64,000 nucleotides of DNA from Escherichia phage vB-Eco-KMB23: sequence record OR525702.1; one strand, given 5' to 3'. Below, in pieces: positions 63,939 to 64,000 of this stretch (the first letter of the stretch is position 1; the number at the start of each line of letters is the position of its first letter). The notes beneath the pieces are model-generated. The model saw nothing but the letters and a program-made list of their open reading frames with translations. It was not told the origin of the DNA and ran no database searches. The position numbers and the translations under genes were made by a program.

Positions 63939-64000
63939 ATCTTTAGAATAATGACGAGCACCTGGAATAATAAGAGTTCGTCCATCTTTTAATTTAAAAC

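Overview
The window is a contiguous segment of a T4-type (Tevenvirinae) myovirus genome, with gene order and product sizes matching phage T4 almost one-to-one. It runs from the 3' end of terminase gene 17 through the late head/tail block (18, 19, 20, 67, 68, 21, 22, 23, 24), rnlB-hoc-inh, uvsW, uvsY, baseplate genes (25, 26, 51, 27, 28, 29, 48, 54), the minus-strand early region (two Alt paralogs, 30, rIII, 31, cd, pseT, alc, rnlA, denA, nrdB, nrdA, td, frd, 32, 59, 33, dsbA, rnh), then long tail fibre genes 34-38, holin t, asiA and arn. All identifications rest on my recollection of T4 protein sequences and lengths plus motifs read directly from the DNA; no database search was run. The most striking observation is a perfect 127-bp tandem duplication inside tail sheath gene 18 that frameshifts the ORF; removing one copy restores a 659-codon frame, the T4 gp18 length. 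Other points of interest: Hoc carries an extra Ig-like domain; a second full-length Alt-family ADP-ribosyltransferase sits next to alt, with a NADAR-like and a HAD-like ORF nearby; td and nrdB are uninterrupted and no mobE or segD is present; a 115-aa ORF sits between frd and td where T4 has overlapping genes; several early promoters are embedded in inverted repeats (PeSL-like cassettes), two of them as identical 54-bp copies 15 kb apart. No tRNA, rRNA, CRISPR array or transposase was seen. Promoter, terminator and operator calls are motif-based and unverified.
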